Below are positions 1 to 10,257 of a stretch of DNA of 64,000 bases, one piece after another. Both the position numbers and the translations under genes were made by a program. Below the pieces are notes generated by a model. It ran no database searches, was not told where the DNA came from, and worked only from the letters and a program-made list of their open reading frames with translations. The stretch is from an archaeon (GTDB taxonomy: Archaea; Nanobdellota; Nanobdellia; Woesearchaeales; GW2011-AR9): the NCBI GenBank assembly GCA_018696395.1, contig JABHQR010000023.1, forward strand, positions 15,180 to 79,179. Reading direction: 5' to 3'. How positions within the stretch are numbered: the first letter of the stretch is position 1; every line of letters begins with the position of its first letter.

Positions 1-113
1 TCAAAATTTGGAACTATACGATCATCAAAACCTTCACCAAAATAAAGAAAATAATCTCTTAAATCCTTAATCTCCTGTTCCAATGTTCGTTTTAAGTTCA
101 TTTTATGAGACAT
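1..113 (-). CDS. Partial CDS, N-terminal fragment of a gene continuing beyond the left edge
   Basis: ATG at 113..111 reads MSHKMNLKRTLEQEIKDLRDYF... It lies 4 nt downstream of the stop of the 118..1440 gene on the same strand, so the co-directional array continues leftward. Confidence 0.4.
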   Translation of the reverse strand, partial: MSHKMNLKRTLEQEIKDLRDYFLYFGEGFDDRIVPNF

Positions 114-117
114 TTAG

Positions 118-1440
118 TTAACCCCTAACTTCCAACTTTTTCCCTCTAACAATAAAATCATACAGATTACTGTTAGTATCCTTGACCATCCCCATTAAAT
201 TCCTAGACCAAATGATTGCACAATCTATTTTTTGTTCAGGCGTATCACCTAAAAATATAGCTTCATTCAAATTATCAAAATAAGTAAACTTAAATTTACG
301 ATAGATTTTATTAAAAGATAAATTAGCCCCAGAAGGAACACTTGACCGAACATATGAATCACACATTTGATAAGCGTCACAGATATTCTTAATATTTGAC
401 ATAGAAAGATTATTTTTAAAATCAGAATCTACTAAATAAGGAGCTATATTCTGTTGATAATAGGTGAAATCATCTAAATCAATGTAATTTAAATTAGGAT
501 TAACCAATATTTTTTGAATTTCAAGTCTAAATTGACCCTCAGTTCTGATTCTATTACCATCAATTTGTCCCATCAAATAAGAGATAGTTTCATCATAAAC
601 CTCTTTATCGAGTAATTTATCTTTATAATTTAACAAATTTTTAACAGCCCATTTCCCTTTATCATTAAGAGCTCCATTAAAATTATTTAATGTTGAAGCA
701 ATAGTAGATCCTTTCTTACATGAACCAAGAATCTCAAAAATATCTTTAATTAATTTATCTTTAAGTTCAATAGGAGTAATGAAAGAAGAACTAATTTCAT
801 TAAAAAAATGATTAAGATTAACTTCAAAAGTCTTTTTGTTAAAATTCTTTCCTTCAAGGTAATCTTGTTTATTGAAAACAAGTTTCATATTATCTTGGGA
901 ATAGAATTCAGATAAGTTATTTAGATAAGCATTTAGAGATTTATTTACTTTAATTTTAAATTCAGGAGTTCCAATTCCAAGACCACAAAATCTTCTGTTA
1001 AATAAAGAATGGACTGAGTCTAAATTAGAATTTAAATTATTACAAAAAACACCTAACAAAGGACTTTCTTTATAATTATTAAATAGATTATTTAAATTTT
1101 GTAATTGAGAGGGATCATATTCTAACTTAGTAAAAATATTTTGAATCAAAACAAAAGTATAATTTGAATCATCAAACTCAGTTTCATTCCAATAATCAAA
1201 AGTTTTTTTCATGACATTATTAAATACAAACAAATCATTTTCATTATTAAAATGTTGATAAGATGAAGTAACCAATGATTCAAATAAATCATCATAAAAA
1301 TAATTTAAATGTTCAGGACATTTAGTTACAATATGTTTTATGAGATCTTTGGATGAATCTAAAAAATCTTCACTAAAGGATTTATCTTTAACTGCAAAAT
1401 CTAAAATCACGTTTACAAGTCCTTCAAGATCCCTTTTCAT
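118..1440 (-). CDS. Array family member (conserved C-terminal signature), 440 aa
   Basis: C-terminus '...LGDTPEQKIDCAIIWSRNLMGMVKD' fits the family signature (G-D-x-x-E-Q-K ... W ... hydrophobic-K). No signal peptide. Tightly packed head-to-tail with its neighbours. Confidence 0.7.
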   Translation of the reverse strand: MKRDLEGLVNVILDFAVKDKSFSEDFLDSSKDLIKHIVTKCPEHLNYFYDDLFESLVTSSYQHFNNENDLFVFNNVMKKTFDYWNETEFDDSNYTFVLIQNIFTKLEYDPSQLQNLNNLFNNYKESPLLGVFCNNLNSNLDSVHSLFNRRFCGLGIGTPEFKIKVNKSLNAYLNNLSEFYSQDNMKLVFNKQDYLEGKNFNKKTFEVNLNHFFNEISSSFITPIELKDKLIKDIFEILGSCKKGSTIASTLNNFNGALNDKGKWAVKNLLNYKDKLLDKEVYDETISYLMGQIDGNRIRTEGQFRLEIQKILVNPNLNYIDLDDFTYYQQNIAPYLVDSDFKNNLSMSNIKNICDAYQMCDSYVRSSVPSGANLSFNKIYRKFKFTYFDNLNEAIFLGDTPEQKIDCAIIWSRNLMGMVKDTNSNLYDFIVRGKKLEVRG

Positions 1441-2634
1441 TTATAACTCGCCCCCTACAGACAACTGAAAGTAACTAAATAACCTATCTGGATTTTTCTT
1501 GATTAAACTATAAGTATTAAGCAAAAATTCAGTCATAAGATTCTTTTTATCTGAAATGTTGTCTGCTTGAGAAGTAGCTTCTTCAATGCCTGAAGCAAAA
1601 CATTTTGCAAATTTATCTTTAAAATCTGATTCTTTAAAACCAACTATAAAATTTCTATTCAACAGATTATAACTTAAATTATAAATATTCATGATTCTAT
1701 TGATATCCTTACAATTCAAACTCCTCGTTAATTCAGTGTCAGAGATATAAACTTGAAAATGACCTAAATATTGTTCAATCACTTTTGGCTTCAACTCAGA
1801 ATAATAAGGATCTTTGTTAACATAATTTAATATTTCAAAATGCCAAGAATTGATTTCATATAAAGACAATGCTTTCTTAAATCTATCCCTAGAAGTTAAA
1901 GTTGTTACAAATTCTTTTAAAAATGAACTGGGTTCTTCATCAAAAAGAGTTATTAATTTATCATGAATTTTTACAAACTGGTTAACTTCAGAGATACTAA
2001 AACAATAATTTAAAATTGTTAATACATTATCCAAATTATTTCTTACTTTATCAAGGTCATGTCTTAAAAAATAAGAGGACATACCTAGATTAGTAATTAA
2101 TTCTTTTCCAGAATCAGGATTTGCTTTATCTAAAATAATTTTTTTAACTTGATCTTCTAAATATATGGAAAAAACATTATGTCCAATTTCTAAACAATTA
2201 ATTCCACCATCAGCCCCTATAAAAATATTTAATTCAATTAATCCTTTAAAGAGATCTTTTTGCATATGATCTTCTAAAAGGGAATAATCTTCCAAGATTT
2301 GACATGCAATTGAACCTAACTTTTGTGATTGATCCCTAAATGAAGATAATAACTCCAAACCAGACCCAAAACGATTTTGCTTTTTTAACAATTCAAGATA
2401 TTTTGGAAGTTCCAATTCAATTTTATTTTCTAGATGATTGGACGAATTTAATTGTAATTTAGTGAGATTATCTGAATTAATTAAATTGTTTAGAAGAGTT
2501 CTTATTTGATAATTTTTATCTAAAAAAGTGTAATGTTTAATAACTTCTGGAACCAAACATACTAAATCATTAAAATTATCTTGATCATTGTAAACTTTAC
2601 GCAAATCTTTCATAATTTTTCTCTGAGAACTCAT
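1441..2634 (-). CDS. Array family member, 397 aa
   Basis: C-terminus 'KKNLMTEFLLNTYSLIKKNPDRLFSYF..VGGEL' belongs to the 'LIKK[ND]P..F' subfamily. ATGA overlap with the upstream gene at 2631-2634. Confidence 0.7.
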   Translation of the reverse strand: MSSQRKIMKDLRKVYNDQDNFNDLVCLVPEVIKHYTFLDKNYQIRTLLNNLINSDNLTKLQLNSSNHLENKIELELPKYLELLKKQNRFGSGLELLSSFRDQSQKLGSIACQILEDYSLLEDHMQKDLFKGLIELNIFIGADGGINCLEIGHNVFSIYLEDQVKKIILDKANPDSGKELITNLGMSSYFLRHDLDKVRNNLDNVLTILNYCFSISEVNQFVKIHDKLITLFDEEPSSFLKEFVTTLTSRDRFKKALSLYEINSWHFEILNYVNKDPYYSELKPKVIEQYLGHFQVYISDTELTRSLNCKDINRIMNIYNLSYNLLNRNFIVGFKESDFKDKFAKCFASGIEEATSQADNISDKKNLMTEFLLNTYSLIKKNPDRLFSYFQLSVGGEL

Positions 2635-3896
2635 TCAACCATCACCTCTTGCAGGAAATATGTTTTGAAAAGTCCAGGATCTTTTTTTACTAAAGAAGAT
2701 GTTTCATTGATCCATTCTAAAAGATAAATCTCTTTCTGATGATTACTTTCTACCAAAGAGATTGTTTCATTTAAATATTTAAAAAAGTAATCATCAAGCT
2801 TATCATTAACAACATTTTTACCTAAAAGATTAGTTATATCATTTTCAAAAAGTTCAGACATATTTGTATTAATAACATTATAAACAAGATCATATAACAC
2901 AATCAATCTATTAATGCAATTATAAGATATTTCGTTCTTAAATTCAGAATCATTAATTTCTTCTCTAAAACATTCTGAATATCTTAAGCAAAGCCCTATA
3001 TCAAACCCATCTTTATCTTTGGACATACTATAATAATCTAAATTATTTTCAGTTTGATTTAGACTAGAAGATTTATTTATAACCTTTAAAGTGTCCTCAT
3101 AATTAATTTTTTCTTGATAAGAGTTGATAGAATCCAATAATTTAATAAAATCTTTTTGATTTTTAATGTTAATATTAGTTTTATAAGTTAAAATTAAATT
3201 TAATAAAACCATTTGATTTTCATTTTTACATGACCTGTATAGATTAGACAATCTTTTAATATTGAGATTTAATTTGTCCCCGTTAGATTTAAATAATTGA
3301 TAACAATTCTCAAAAGAGCTTATCATCCAAATAGAATCAAGATTACTTAATTGTTGATGTTCAAAAAATATTTCTTTAAGTAGATCAGATGTTGTAAAAT
3401 AATTAATTTTGTTTTTTATAGATTCTCTTTTTTTAGGATCATCTTTAAGATATAGTTCCCTAGCATAATTAGAAAGATAGTTTATTAATGATTCAGAGAT
3501 TTGGGTATTAGAAAATGATTTAATGGATGAGATCACATTTGAACATAAATCAAACTTAACTTTTGGATGAAAGTCACTTCTTAAAATATCATTTAAACCC
3601 ACAATGATCCGATTAAACTTGTTATGATTACCATCAGGAAGATTATCTTTTAATACATCTAAAAGAGAGCCCATCTTTGAAAATTTAGGATTAGAGTGAT
3701 CATAATTGATTATCTTTTTGAAGAGATCTACTGATTGTTGTTCACAATTTTGATTTGTGACATAATTAAAAACAGACCTAATATCACTTTCAATTATTTC
3801 AGGAGCCAGTTCTAGATCAATACCCATATCCTGAATCCCAGAATATACTTGGTTGGATATAGACATAATTTGATTAATTTCATGTTCCAATCTCAT
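2631..3896 (-). CDS. Array family member, 421 aa
   Basis: C-terminus 'NHQKEIYLLEWINETSSLVKKDPGLF'. ATGA overlaps at both ends. Confidence 0.7.
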   Translation of the reverse strand: MRLEHEINQIMSISNQVYSGIQDMGIDLELAPEIIESDIRSVFNYVTNQNCEQQSVDLFKKIINYDHSNPKFSKMGSLLDVLKDNLPDGNHNKFNRIIVGLNDILRSDFHPKVKFDLCSNVISSIKSFSNTQISESLINYLSNYARELYLKDDPKKRESIKNKINYFTTSDLLKEIFFEHQQLSNLDSIWMISSFENCYQLFKSNGDKLNLNIKRLSNLYRSCKNENQMVLLNLILTYKTNINIKNQKDFIKLLDSINSYQEKINYEDTLKVINKSSSLNQTENNLDYYSMSKDKDGFDIGLCLRYSECFREEINDSEFKNEISYNCINRLIVLYDLVYNVINTNMSELFENDITNLLGKNVVNDKLDDYFFKYLNETISLVESNHQKEIYLLEWINETSSLVKKDPGLFKTYFLQEVMVE

Positions 3897-5200
3897 CCCA
3901 CCATCACCTCTGGTGTGAATATTTTTAACGCACCAAAATTTTTTTCAAAAATCCAAGATTCACGTTTCATAACCCTAGTAACTTCTTTTGACCAATTAAC
4001 AAGAAGACTCTTCTTTTCACCAAGATTATTGCCAATCCCTATAACTTCATTCATTGCAGATTGATATTCAACTTTTAAGTCATTTAAATCATACAGGTGT
4101 GCCCATCTAGTAGTATTCCAATTAGGATAAGATTCAACAATCCTATAAATTAATTCATATGATTCCATCAAACATTTAATCTCTTTCATAGAAAGATCAT
4201 TTCTTAATTCATGATCTTCAATTTTTGAATGAAGTAAAGATAAATAAGTTGGATAGATATTATTGTCATAATTTGGTTGGTTAGTTTTCTTTAGCTCATT
4301 TATACCATATTTAAATTGATCAATAGATTTCACTTCATTAAACATAATTAATAAAGAATTATAATCCAAACTATCTTTATGTTCAGTTAATATTTGATAA
4401 TAATCAACCATCACACCAATTTTTTGCCCCTTAGTATATTTTTTATCCCATATAGTTTTACTCAATAAATCAATTTGTTCTTTGGTCTCACAACGATTAT
4501 AAAGAACAGCCAACACTTTAAATTGTTCTAATGCATCTTCTTTTCCTAAGCAGTAAGATAATGGATTAAAACTCCTAAATATACTTTGTAGTTGATTCAG
4601 GCTGTAGTCTTTATGTTTCATAAAAAGTTCAGTGCAACAATCTAAAGATAAACCATTTAATAATACCTTAGAATCAAACACTTTATTTCTTCCAGAATGT
4701 GAAACAAAATGTTTTAATGGAGAAACAACATCATAATAAACAAGATCAATTAAATCAGAGGAGACATCAGATTGAGAATAAGGGATTAAGAATTCAGATA
4801 AAGGGATAATTAGATCTAAAACAGTTTCATTAAATAATTTTGACAATTTCAAAAAACTTTTTTCTGAACCCATATAATCTTTAAAAAGATCTAACATAAA
4901 ATCAGTTTTTGTTTCATCATTTTTTTCATCATATAATTTTAGCTTTAAGATAACATTCCTTATTTTAACATGATTATATTTCTTCCTAAAATATTTACCT
5001 AAATCATTTTCATGGTCATAGGTAACAACACCTCTTTCAATACAATCATCACTATGATTAAATATCACACCCATATCTTCAATAATTTCATCTAAATTTC
5101 TTCTAAAAATTTTACTATTATCAATTAGTTCAGAGTAAGATTCCCTTAAAGAGCCTAATGATTCGTTTACATCTATTTCCCAAGGAAACTGTTCACTCAT
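3893..5200 (-). CDS. Array family member, 435 aa
   Basis: C-terminus 'IGNNLGEKKSLLVNWSKEVTRVMKRE' resembles that of 22413..23657. ATGA overlaps. Confidence 0.7.
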   Translation of the reverse strand: MSEQFPWEIDVNESLGSLRESYSELIDNSKIFRRNLDEIIEDMGVIFNHSDDCIERGVVTYDHENDLGKYFRKKYNHVKIRNVILKLKLYDEKNDETKTDFMLDLFKDYMGSEKSFLKLSKLFNETVLDLIIPLSEFLIPYSQSDVSSDLIDLVYYDVVSPLKHFVSHSGRNKVFDSKVLLNGLSLDCCTELFMKHKDYSLNQLQSIFRSFNPLSYCLGKEDALEQFKVLAVLYNRCETKEQIDLLSKTIWDKKYTKGQKIGVMVDYYQILTEHKDSLDYNSLLIMFNEVKSIDQFKYGINELKKTNQPNYDNNIYPTYLSLLHSKIEDHELRNDLSMKEIKCLMESYELIYRIVESYPNWNTTRWAHLYDLNDLKVEYQSAMNEVIGIGNNLGEKKSLLVNWSKEVTRVMKRESWIFEKNFGALKIFTPEVMVG

Positions 5201-6270
5201 GCTACCATCACCTCTTGCATAAGATTACTTCGGAAAAGATCAGGATCTTCTTTGATCAATCTTTTAATATCATAACAAAAAGAAAGCATATTTCTTGTTC
5301 TTTCATTTACAGAATCACCCATTACCATTACATCATTTAAATGTTCAAAGAAATAATTCTTCCCAATTACTGATCCTTTAGTATAATAATCTAATGTTCC
5401 TGAAACAAGGTCATATGTATCTACTAAAACTTTAATTTGACCCATGTTAAGATAATATTTGGTATCAACTTTAAGCCTATTCCTAATATTCAAACAATAA
5501 TCTTGAAAGATAGGTATATCTACTTTCCCAATATTTTCATAATCTCGAACCTCATATATTAAAGCAATTAATTCGTTAAAATCTAAATCTTGACATATAG
5601 CGTCTTGATACATTATGGCTTCTTTTTTATTTTGAGGTTCTAATTCAATATCAAATAATAAAGTTAAATAGTTATAAAGTTCTGGTGTTCTTTCATGTTC
5701 AGAGTTATGTTTATAAAATAGTTTACACGCTCCTGAAAGGACAATATCTTTATAATCAGAACTAGCATAATGATGTAATATATTAGTAGTGATATCAAAT
5801 AGAGTACGTCTTTTGTTAGAATCATATAATTCAAATTTATCATCAATATCCCAAGCAGTAAATGGTAATTCCAAATAATCAAAGTTAAGGTTAGCTTTAT
5901 TTTTTAAAATAAAATTGTTTAACTTCTTTATGGGTACCAATAAGTGTTTATCATACAAAAAATTACGATCATGATTTATTCCAATACACAGATAATGATT
6001 ATTGGATAATATTTTTTTATAAAAATCATGATTTTTGAAAATTTCTATAATTTCAATTACTTGTTCATAATAATCTAATATTTCATGTTTATCCTCTTCA
6101 GAATTAGGAAAAAACCTATGCCAGTCTGATATTTGTTCAAGGTAAAAAGTATTTGAATCATTCTCTGAATAAGAATAAATTTTTCTTCCTAACTGGTCTA
6201 ATATTTTATCAAGATTTTCATCAATCTTATTTTCCAATCCAGAATCTTTTGAAGTGGTCATTTTCTTCAT
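5197..6270 (-). CDS. Array family member, 357 aa, close paralog of 15896..16897
   Basis: C-terminus 'MGDSVNERTRNMLSFCYDIKRLIKEDPDLF'. The internal block 'LIYEVRDYENIGKVDIPIFQDYCLNIRN...YYLNMGQIKVLVDTYDLVSGT' aligns with 'LIYDSRDYENIKIVDICPFMDYCLKIKN...YSLNMKQIKTMMETYDLLEGT' in 15896..16897. Confidence 0.75.
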   Translation of the reverse strand: MKKMTTSKDSGLENKIDENLDKILDQLGRKIYSYSENDSNTFYLEQISDWHRFFPNSEEDKHEILDYYEQVIEIIEIFKNHDFYKKILSNNHYLCIGINHDRNFLYDKHLLVPIKKLNNFILKNKANLNFDYLELPFTAWDIDDKFELYDSNKRRTLFDITTNILHHYASSDYKDIVLSGACKLFYKHNSEHERTPELYNYLTLLFDIELEPQNKKEAIMYQDAICQDLDFNELIALIYEVRDYENIGKVDIPIFQDYCLNIRNRLKVDTKYYLNMGQIKVLVDTYDLVSGTLDYYTKGSVIGKNYFFEHLNDVMVMGDSVNERTRNMLSFCYDIKRLIKEDPDLFRSNLMQEVMVA

Positions 6271-6275
6271 TCACC

Positions 6276-8705
6276 TTACACCAGATACATCTCAACGATA
6301 TCTCTTGCTACGTAAGGTAAAGTTTCTGGCCTTACAACCAATTGAGCATGAGTAGCAAATTCTTTAATTTCGTTATAAGCTTCAATTTCACTGCTATCAA
6401 CCTGATCGCTAGATTTTGTTAAAATGTAAAATACTTTAATATCCTGGTCAGTTGCTTCCTTGATAGCCATCTTAGTATCGTAAACACCTCCCTCATAACT
6501 ATAATCTGCAGGCCTCCCATCAGCAAACAAGAATAAAATCTTATCTTCTGATTTGCCATCTAACAATTTTCTGGTAACTGACCTAATTGCAGCACCGTCC
6601 CGATTTGCATTTCCGGGGTCAATAGTAGTTAATGCATTAATATGGTCAAATTCGTACAGATCTGTATTCCTGTATGATTGGTAAAGAAATTTTCGAATAT
6701 TAAAATCATCGTCCATTTCTAAATCCCTGAATGAAATATCAATAATAGCTGCAGCAATTTTTTCAATATCTAAAATGTTAGTTTTTCTTTTTAGATTAAC
6801 AATTGATTGAGCTCCTGATGCCAACTTTTGACTAGTTGAACCAGACCCATCAAGTAATAAAGCAATATCATAATTTCTTTTATTAATTAAACTAGCATCA
6901 TAAAATCTTTGCTGAGATGCAAAATGTGGATCAATAGAAGCAAACACAACACCAACAGGGTTAAAAGAGTGAGGAGTAGATTGCATTCTTTCTACTTGTA
7001 ATTGATTAAGTTTAAGTTGTTCAAACTGTTCATATACACCAGTGATTACATTTCCATAAAGTGACCTAATTCTTCTTTCAAAATCAGGATCACCACCACT
7101 TAATCGTTTATTAAATATTTCTGAAGGAACTACTTGCTGTTTCTTAGAGTCATATTCATAAAATATTTCTTTAGACACATCATCTTTATCTTCATTATTA
7201 ATTAACCCATCTTTACTTGGCACTGGGTTCTTTTTCTTTTTATAATGTTCAGGACTAATATTCTCAGCAATTTTATCTACCCTACTTTGAATTTCATCTT
7301 TTCTTTCTTTCAATTCATCAACACTTTTAGGTTTAATTGATCCTTGAGTAAAATCATCAGTTTTTCCGAAAGTAGGATTTTGATCATCATTCCAATCTTC
7401 ACTTTTAGAATTGTCTCCTTCACCATTTTGATCAGTTTTACTTTGACCCTGATCACCTTCACCTTTCCCACCACTTCTACCTTCCCCAGTGCCACCACAT
7501 TGATTATTTCTTTGAGAACGATAATTGTTAACTGGTTCAGGAAATTGTAGTTCCAACATCCGATACAATTCAGGTAATAATCCAACCGCTTCACATACAT
7601 TTTTACCACGTAAATCATATACCTTTTCAGCCATATTATTCATTAAATCACGATAATTGTAAATACCCAATTCTTGAAGTTCTGGAACTGTTTCTTTATT
7701 GAAAAATTTAAACTCAAACTCTTTAATTTCATTTATATCATTGTACCTTTCTTGATTAGAAGCCCTGTTCATTTCTAACCTTTTACCACTAAGGTATTCA
7801 TTACCATTAGCACTTAACACTTCAGAAAGAGTACTCCCACAATTTTGACCACATTTAATTTTACGTAACCACGCATTTTTAAAATTTATAAAATCATATA
7901 TTTTGACTTTTTGTTCTAACTGTTCCGCAGATTCTGTTGTTTGTTCTAAAAGTTTAGTTTCATCAGGTTGGTCATTTGAATCATTTTTAGCTTTATATTC
8001 AGGATCTTTATATTCTCCTTGAATTCCAATCAATACTAGGTTAATAAAATCTAAACAAACTTTAAAATCAGATCTTGATTTAATCCTATCACAAAGGTTA
8101 ACTTCAATCCTATAATCTTCAACAATATTAAATAAATCTGCAGCTAATCCAGAATTAGTTCCAGAAGTTTCCACTTCACTCCCAGTTCCTTTTTCCTCTT
8201 TATCTTTCTTGGTATATACTGAAGAATCATTACCAATGATTGAATCAATACTAGAATCACCAATATTAGCCCCATTTGGTCTTACAATTGGAACTTTACC
8301 ACCATACAAATCATTAAAAATATCTTCTAAATTTAATGGTTCAAAACTCCCTTCTAAAATATGTGCTGCTTCATGAATAAGAATACCTTTGTAAAGAGTG
8401 ATATTTCTGTTTCCAGTTAAAACATGTTTATTATCTTTCTTAAAATCATTTATTTTTGCTGCTAATTGGATCTCAAATAAATTATCAGTATATTCAGTAC
8501 TTTTTCTCAAAAGATAAGTTACACCATAACCACTACCTGCTTTAATTGGAACTTTACCCCCTAACAGAGGAATATTGGTAACCAAATAATGTTCACAAAA
8601 AGAAGAATTTTCTTTAAATTCTTCAAGACTTACACCTATTGGCATTGCTGCTTGAAAGATCATTCTAAGACGTCTAAGTCTTCTTTCCATTTCATCGTTT
8701 GACAT
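6276..8705 (-). CDS. vWA-domain protein, 809 aa, with N-terminal HExxH (putative metallopeptidase-like) region and C-terminal vWA/MIDAS; MoxR partner of DUF2201-like architecture
   Basis: 'LLLDGSGSTSQ' is a MIDAS DxSxS motif sitting in a hydrophobic beta-strand context. The N-terminal region carries 'LIHEAAHILEG' (HExxH). A central low-complexity Gly/acidic linker reads 'GGTGEGRSGGKGEGDQGQSKTDQNGEGDNSKSED'. The gene sits immediately downstream of an AAA+ ATPase gene on the same strand. Confidence 0.7.
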   Translation of the reverse strand: MSNDEMERRLRRLRMIFQAAMPIGVSLEEFKENSSFCEHYLVTNIPLLGGKVPIKAGSGYGVTYLLRKSTEYTDNLFEIQLAAKINDFKKDNKHVLTGNRNITLYKGILIHEAAHILEGSFEPLNLEDIFNDLYGGKVPIVRPNGANIGDSSIDSIIGNDSSVYTKKDKEEKGTGSEVETSGTNSGLAADLFNIVEDYRIEVNLCDRIKSRSDFKVCLDFINLVLIGIQGEYKDPEYKAKNDSNDQPDETKLLEQTTESAEQLEQKVKIYDFINFKNAWLRKIKCGQNCGSTLSEVLSANGNEYLSGKRLEMNRASNQERYNDINEIKEFEFKFFNKETVPELQELGIYNYRDLMNNMAEKVYDLRGKNVCEAVGLLPELYRMLELQFPEPVNNYRSQRNNQCGGTGEGRSGGKGEGDQGQSKTDQNGEGDNSKSEDWNDDQNPTFGKTDDFTQGSIKPKSVDELKERKDEIQSRVDKIAENISPEHYKKKKNPVPSKDGLINNEDKDDVSKEIFYEYDSKKQQVVPSEIFNKRLSGGDPDFERRIRSLYGNVITGVYEQFEQLKLNQLQVERMQSTPHSFNPVGVVFASIDPHFASQQRFYDASLINKRNYDIALLLDGSGSTSQKLASGAQSIVNLKRKTNILDIEKIAAAIIDISFRDLEMDDDFNIRKFLYQSYRNTDLYEFDHINALTTIDPGNANRDGAAIRSVTRKLLDGKSEDKILFLFADGRPADYSYEGGVYDTKMAIKEATDQDIKVFYILTKSSDQVDSSEIEAYNEIKEFATHAQLVVRPETLPYVARDIVEMYLV

Positions 8706-8811
8706 TTTTATAGTTTTTTAAATTTAAGTTAGTTAATGATATGATATTCTTAATCATGCATCTGTAATTAAAAAATCACAATTATTTAAATTAAAAAAAA
8801 TAATTTCAGAT

Positions 8812-10059
8812 TTAGACTCCTTGCGTAGCGTCTTTAGGTTTAGGTATTAAATCATAAGATGTTGCAATTGCAGCAAGATGACTCCATTGATTAGTACCCG
8901 TACTTGATATCATTTTATCTGCCAAAGCACCATGTAATAACTTATCTAATATTTCATAGGTTGTTGCATGTGTAGCTCTTTCAGAATCACCAAACAGTTC
9001 TAAATTATCTTTATATGTTTGAAATCCAACTTCAATGGTTCTTTGATCAGGATAAACTAATGATATCCCGTTACCCTCAGGAGTATGTTCAGATCTCACT
9101 TCAGAACTGATTGTTTGATATAATGAGTCTGGACCACTAGTAATATTTTTTATATTAACAACTCCCCTTAATGCAGTTAAGAATTTCAAATAACTTAAAT
9201 AAAAATCCCCTTGGCCTTCAATTTGTTCTTTAACTTTTTTCCAAGCATCAGAATCATGTTTAACATTTTCTCTATTAAAATATTGATAAGTTGCTAATTT
9301 TCCAACTTCCCTAATAACTTCTTTATTAGCAATATTCATCCAATTACCGCTATCATTTTTTTCTAAATACATTAACAAATCACGTTTAGGCTCATAAATA
9401 ATTCCTCTTTCTTCTAATGGAAGATCAATATCTATTCCCATAGTTTTAAAAGCAACATATGCACCTAAAAAAGAATCAATATCATTAAAAATAGATGGAG
9501 AACATCTACTTTTATGAGAAAATTCAAAATTATCTCTACCAGAAGTAGTTCTTTTTGGATTAAAAGTTTCAGCATAAACAAAGTCTTCAACGTCCCAACC
9601 ATGTTTATCTTTCATTTCTCTTAATGTAACTTTATTTCCTTGTTTATCAAGAACTGTAAAGTCTAAAAAATCTCCAGTTAATAACATAGAAAGTGATTTT
9701 TGTGAATGAGGTGGCATTTCACTACTTTCTTCATTTAAGAAAATTGCAGATTTATTTCTAAGAGCAGATGTTAGTTCAGTATCTGAATAAAAAGTAGTTC
9801 CATTAGAAAAAGCTGGCCTTCCTTGATAATCAAATTCCTGTTCATGAATATGGCAAGTTCTTGCAAATACTGTCCGATCGAAAATATCTGCTACGAATCT
9901 GATTGCACTAGATTTACCATTACCTGGTTCACCTTGTAAAGCAATATTCTTTTTTCGTCTCATTGCTGATGCTAACCATCTAATTTCATCCATGTAAGAT
10001 GTCTTACCTTGGTTTGCAATGTATAATCTATTAAATTGAGAATTTTTTTCTTGTGTCAT
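8812..10059 (-). CDS. AAA+ ATPase, MoxR/CbbQ/McrB-like, 415 aa
   Basis: Walker A 'LQGEPGNGKSSAIRF'. Candidate Walker B 'AIFLNEE'. Adjacent to, and co-oriented with, the vWA protein gene. Confidence 0.6.
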   Translation of the reverse strand: MTQEKNSQFNRLYIANQGKTSYMDEIRWLASAMRRKKNIALQGEPGNGKSSAIRFVADIFDRTVFARTCHIHEQEFDYQGRPAFSNGTTFYSDTELTSALRNKSAIFLNEESSEMPPHSQKSLSMLLTGDFLDFTVLDKQGNKVTLREMKDKHGWDVEDFVYAETFNPKRTTSGRDNFEFSHKSRCSPSIFNDIDSFLGAYVAFKTMGIDIDLPLEERGIIYEPKRDLLMYLEKNDSGNWMNIANKEVIREVGKLATYQYFNRENVKHDSDAWKKVKEQIEGQGDFYLSYLKFLTALRGVVNIKNITSGPDSLYQTISSEVRSEHTPEGNGISLVYPDQRTIEVGFQTYKDNLELFGDSERATHATTYEILDKLLHGALADKMISSTGTNQWSHLAAIATSYDLIPKPKDATQGV

Positions 10060-10257
10060 TTTTCTTTTATTTACCCCATATGTTTAGATATTTTCATCAT
10101 TATTTTTTATCAATTTACAACTGTTAATTCAAACAGCATTACATCTAATAATTTTACCAATAACACTATCACCTAGATACACCTCAGAACAGCTATCACT
10201 AATTAGTGGTACCGAGGCATGATATTTATAAATCTTTTGGTTATTTAGAGAGAGATA

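Noticed and set aside
5664-5882. Nested ORFs 5664..5882, 17343..17528 and 23198..23407 inside array genes
   Set aside because: They are same-strand alternate-frame ORFs inside array genes. They have hydrophobic I/L/N-rich composition, no SD and no start context, so they are spurious in AT-rich DNA. The short opposite-strand ORFs 3849..4064, 5158..5340 and 17865..18086 are antisense artefacts for the same reason.
7310-7618. Track ORFs 7310..7618 (minus strand) and 7344..7550 (plus strand) nested inside the vWA gene
   Set aside because: They are nested inside the 809-aa vWA gene. Their low-complexity V/K/I-rich products are out-of-frame readings of the gene's Gly/Glu-rich linker, not independent genes.
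10060-10257. Possible small gene or ncRNA in the 198-bp gap upstream of the AAA+ gene
   Set aside because: There is no ORF with an SD, no GC elevation and no stable hairpin. It is most simply an internal promoter or spacer. A TATA-like TTTATAAAT at ~10226-10234 is noted, but its orientation and function cannot be decided from sequence.
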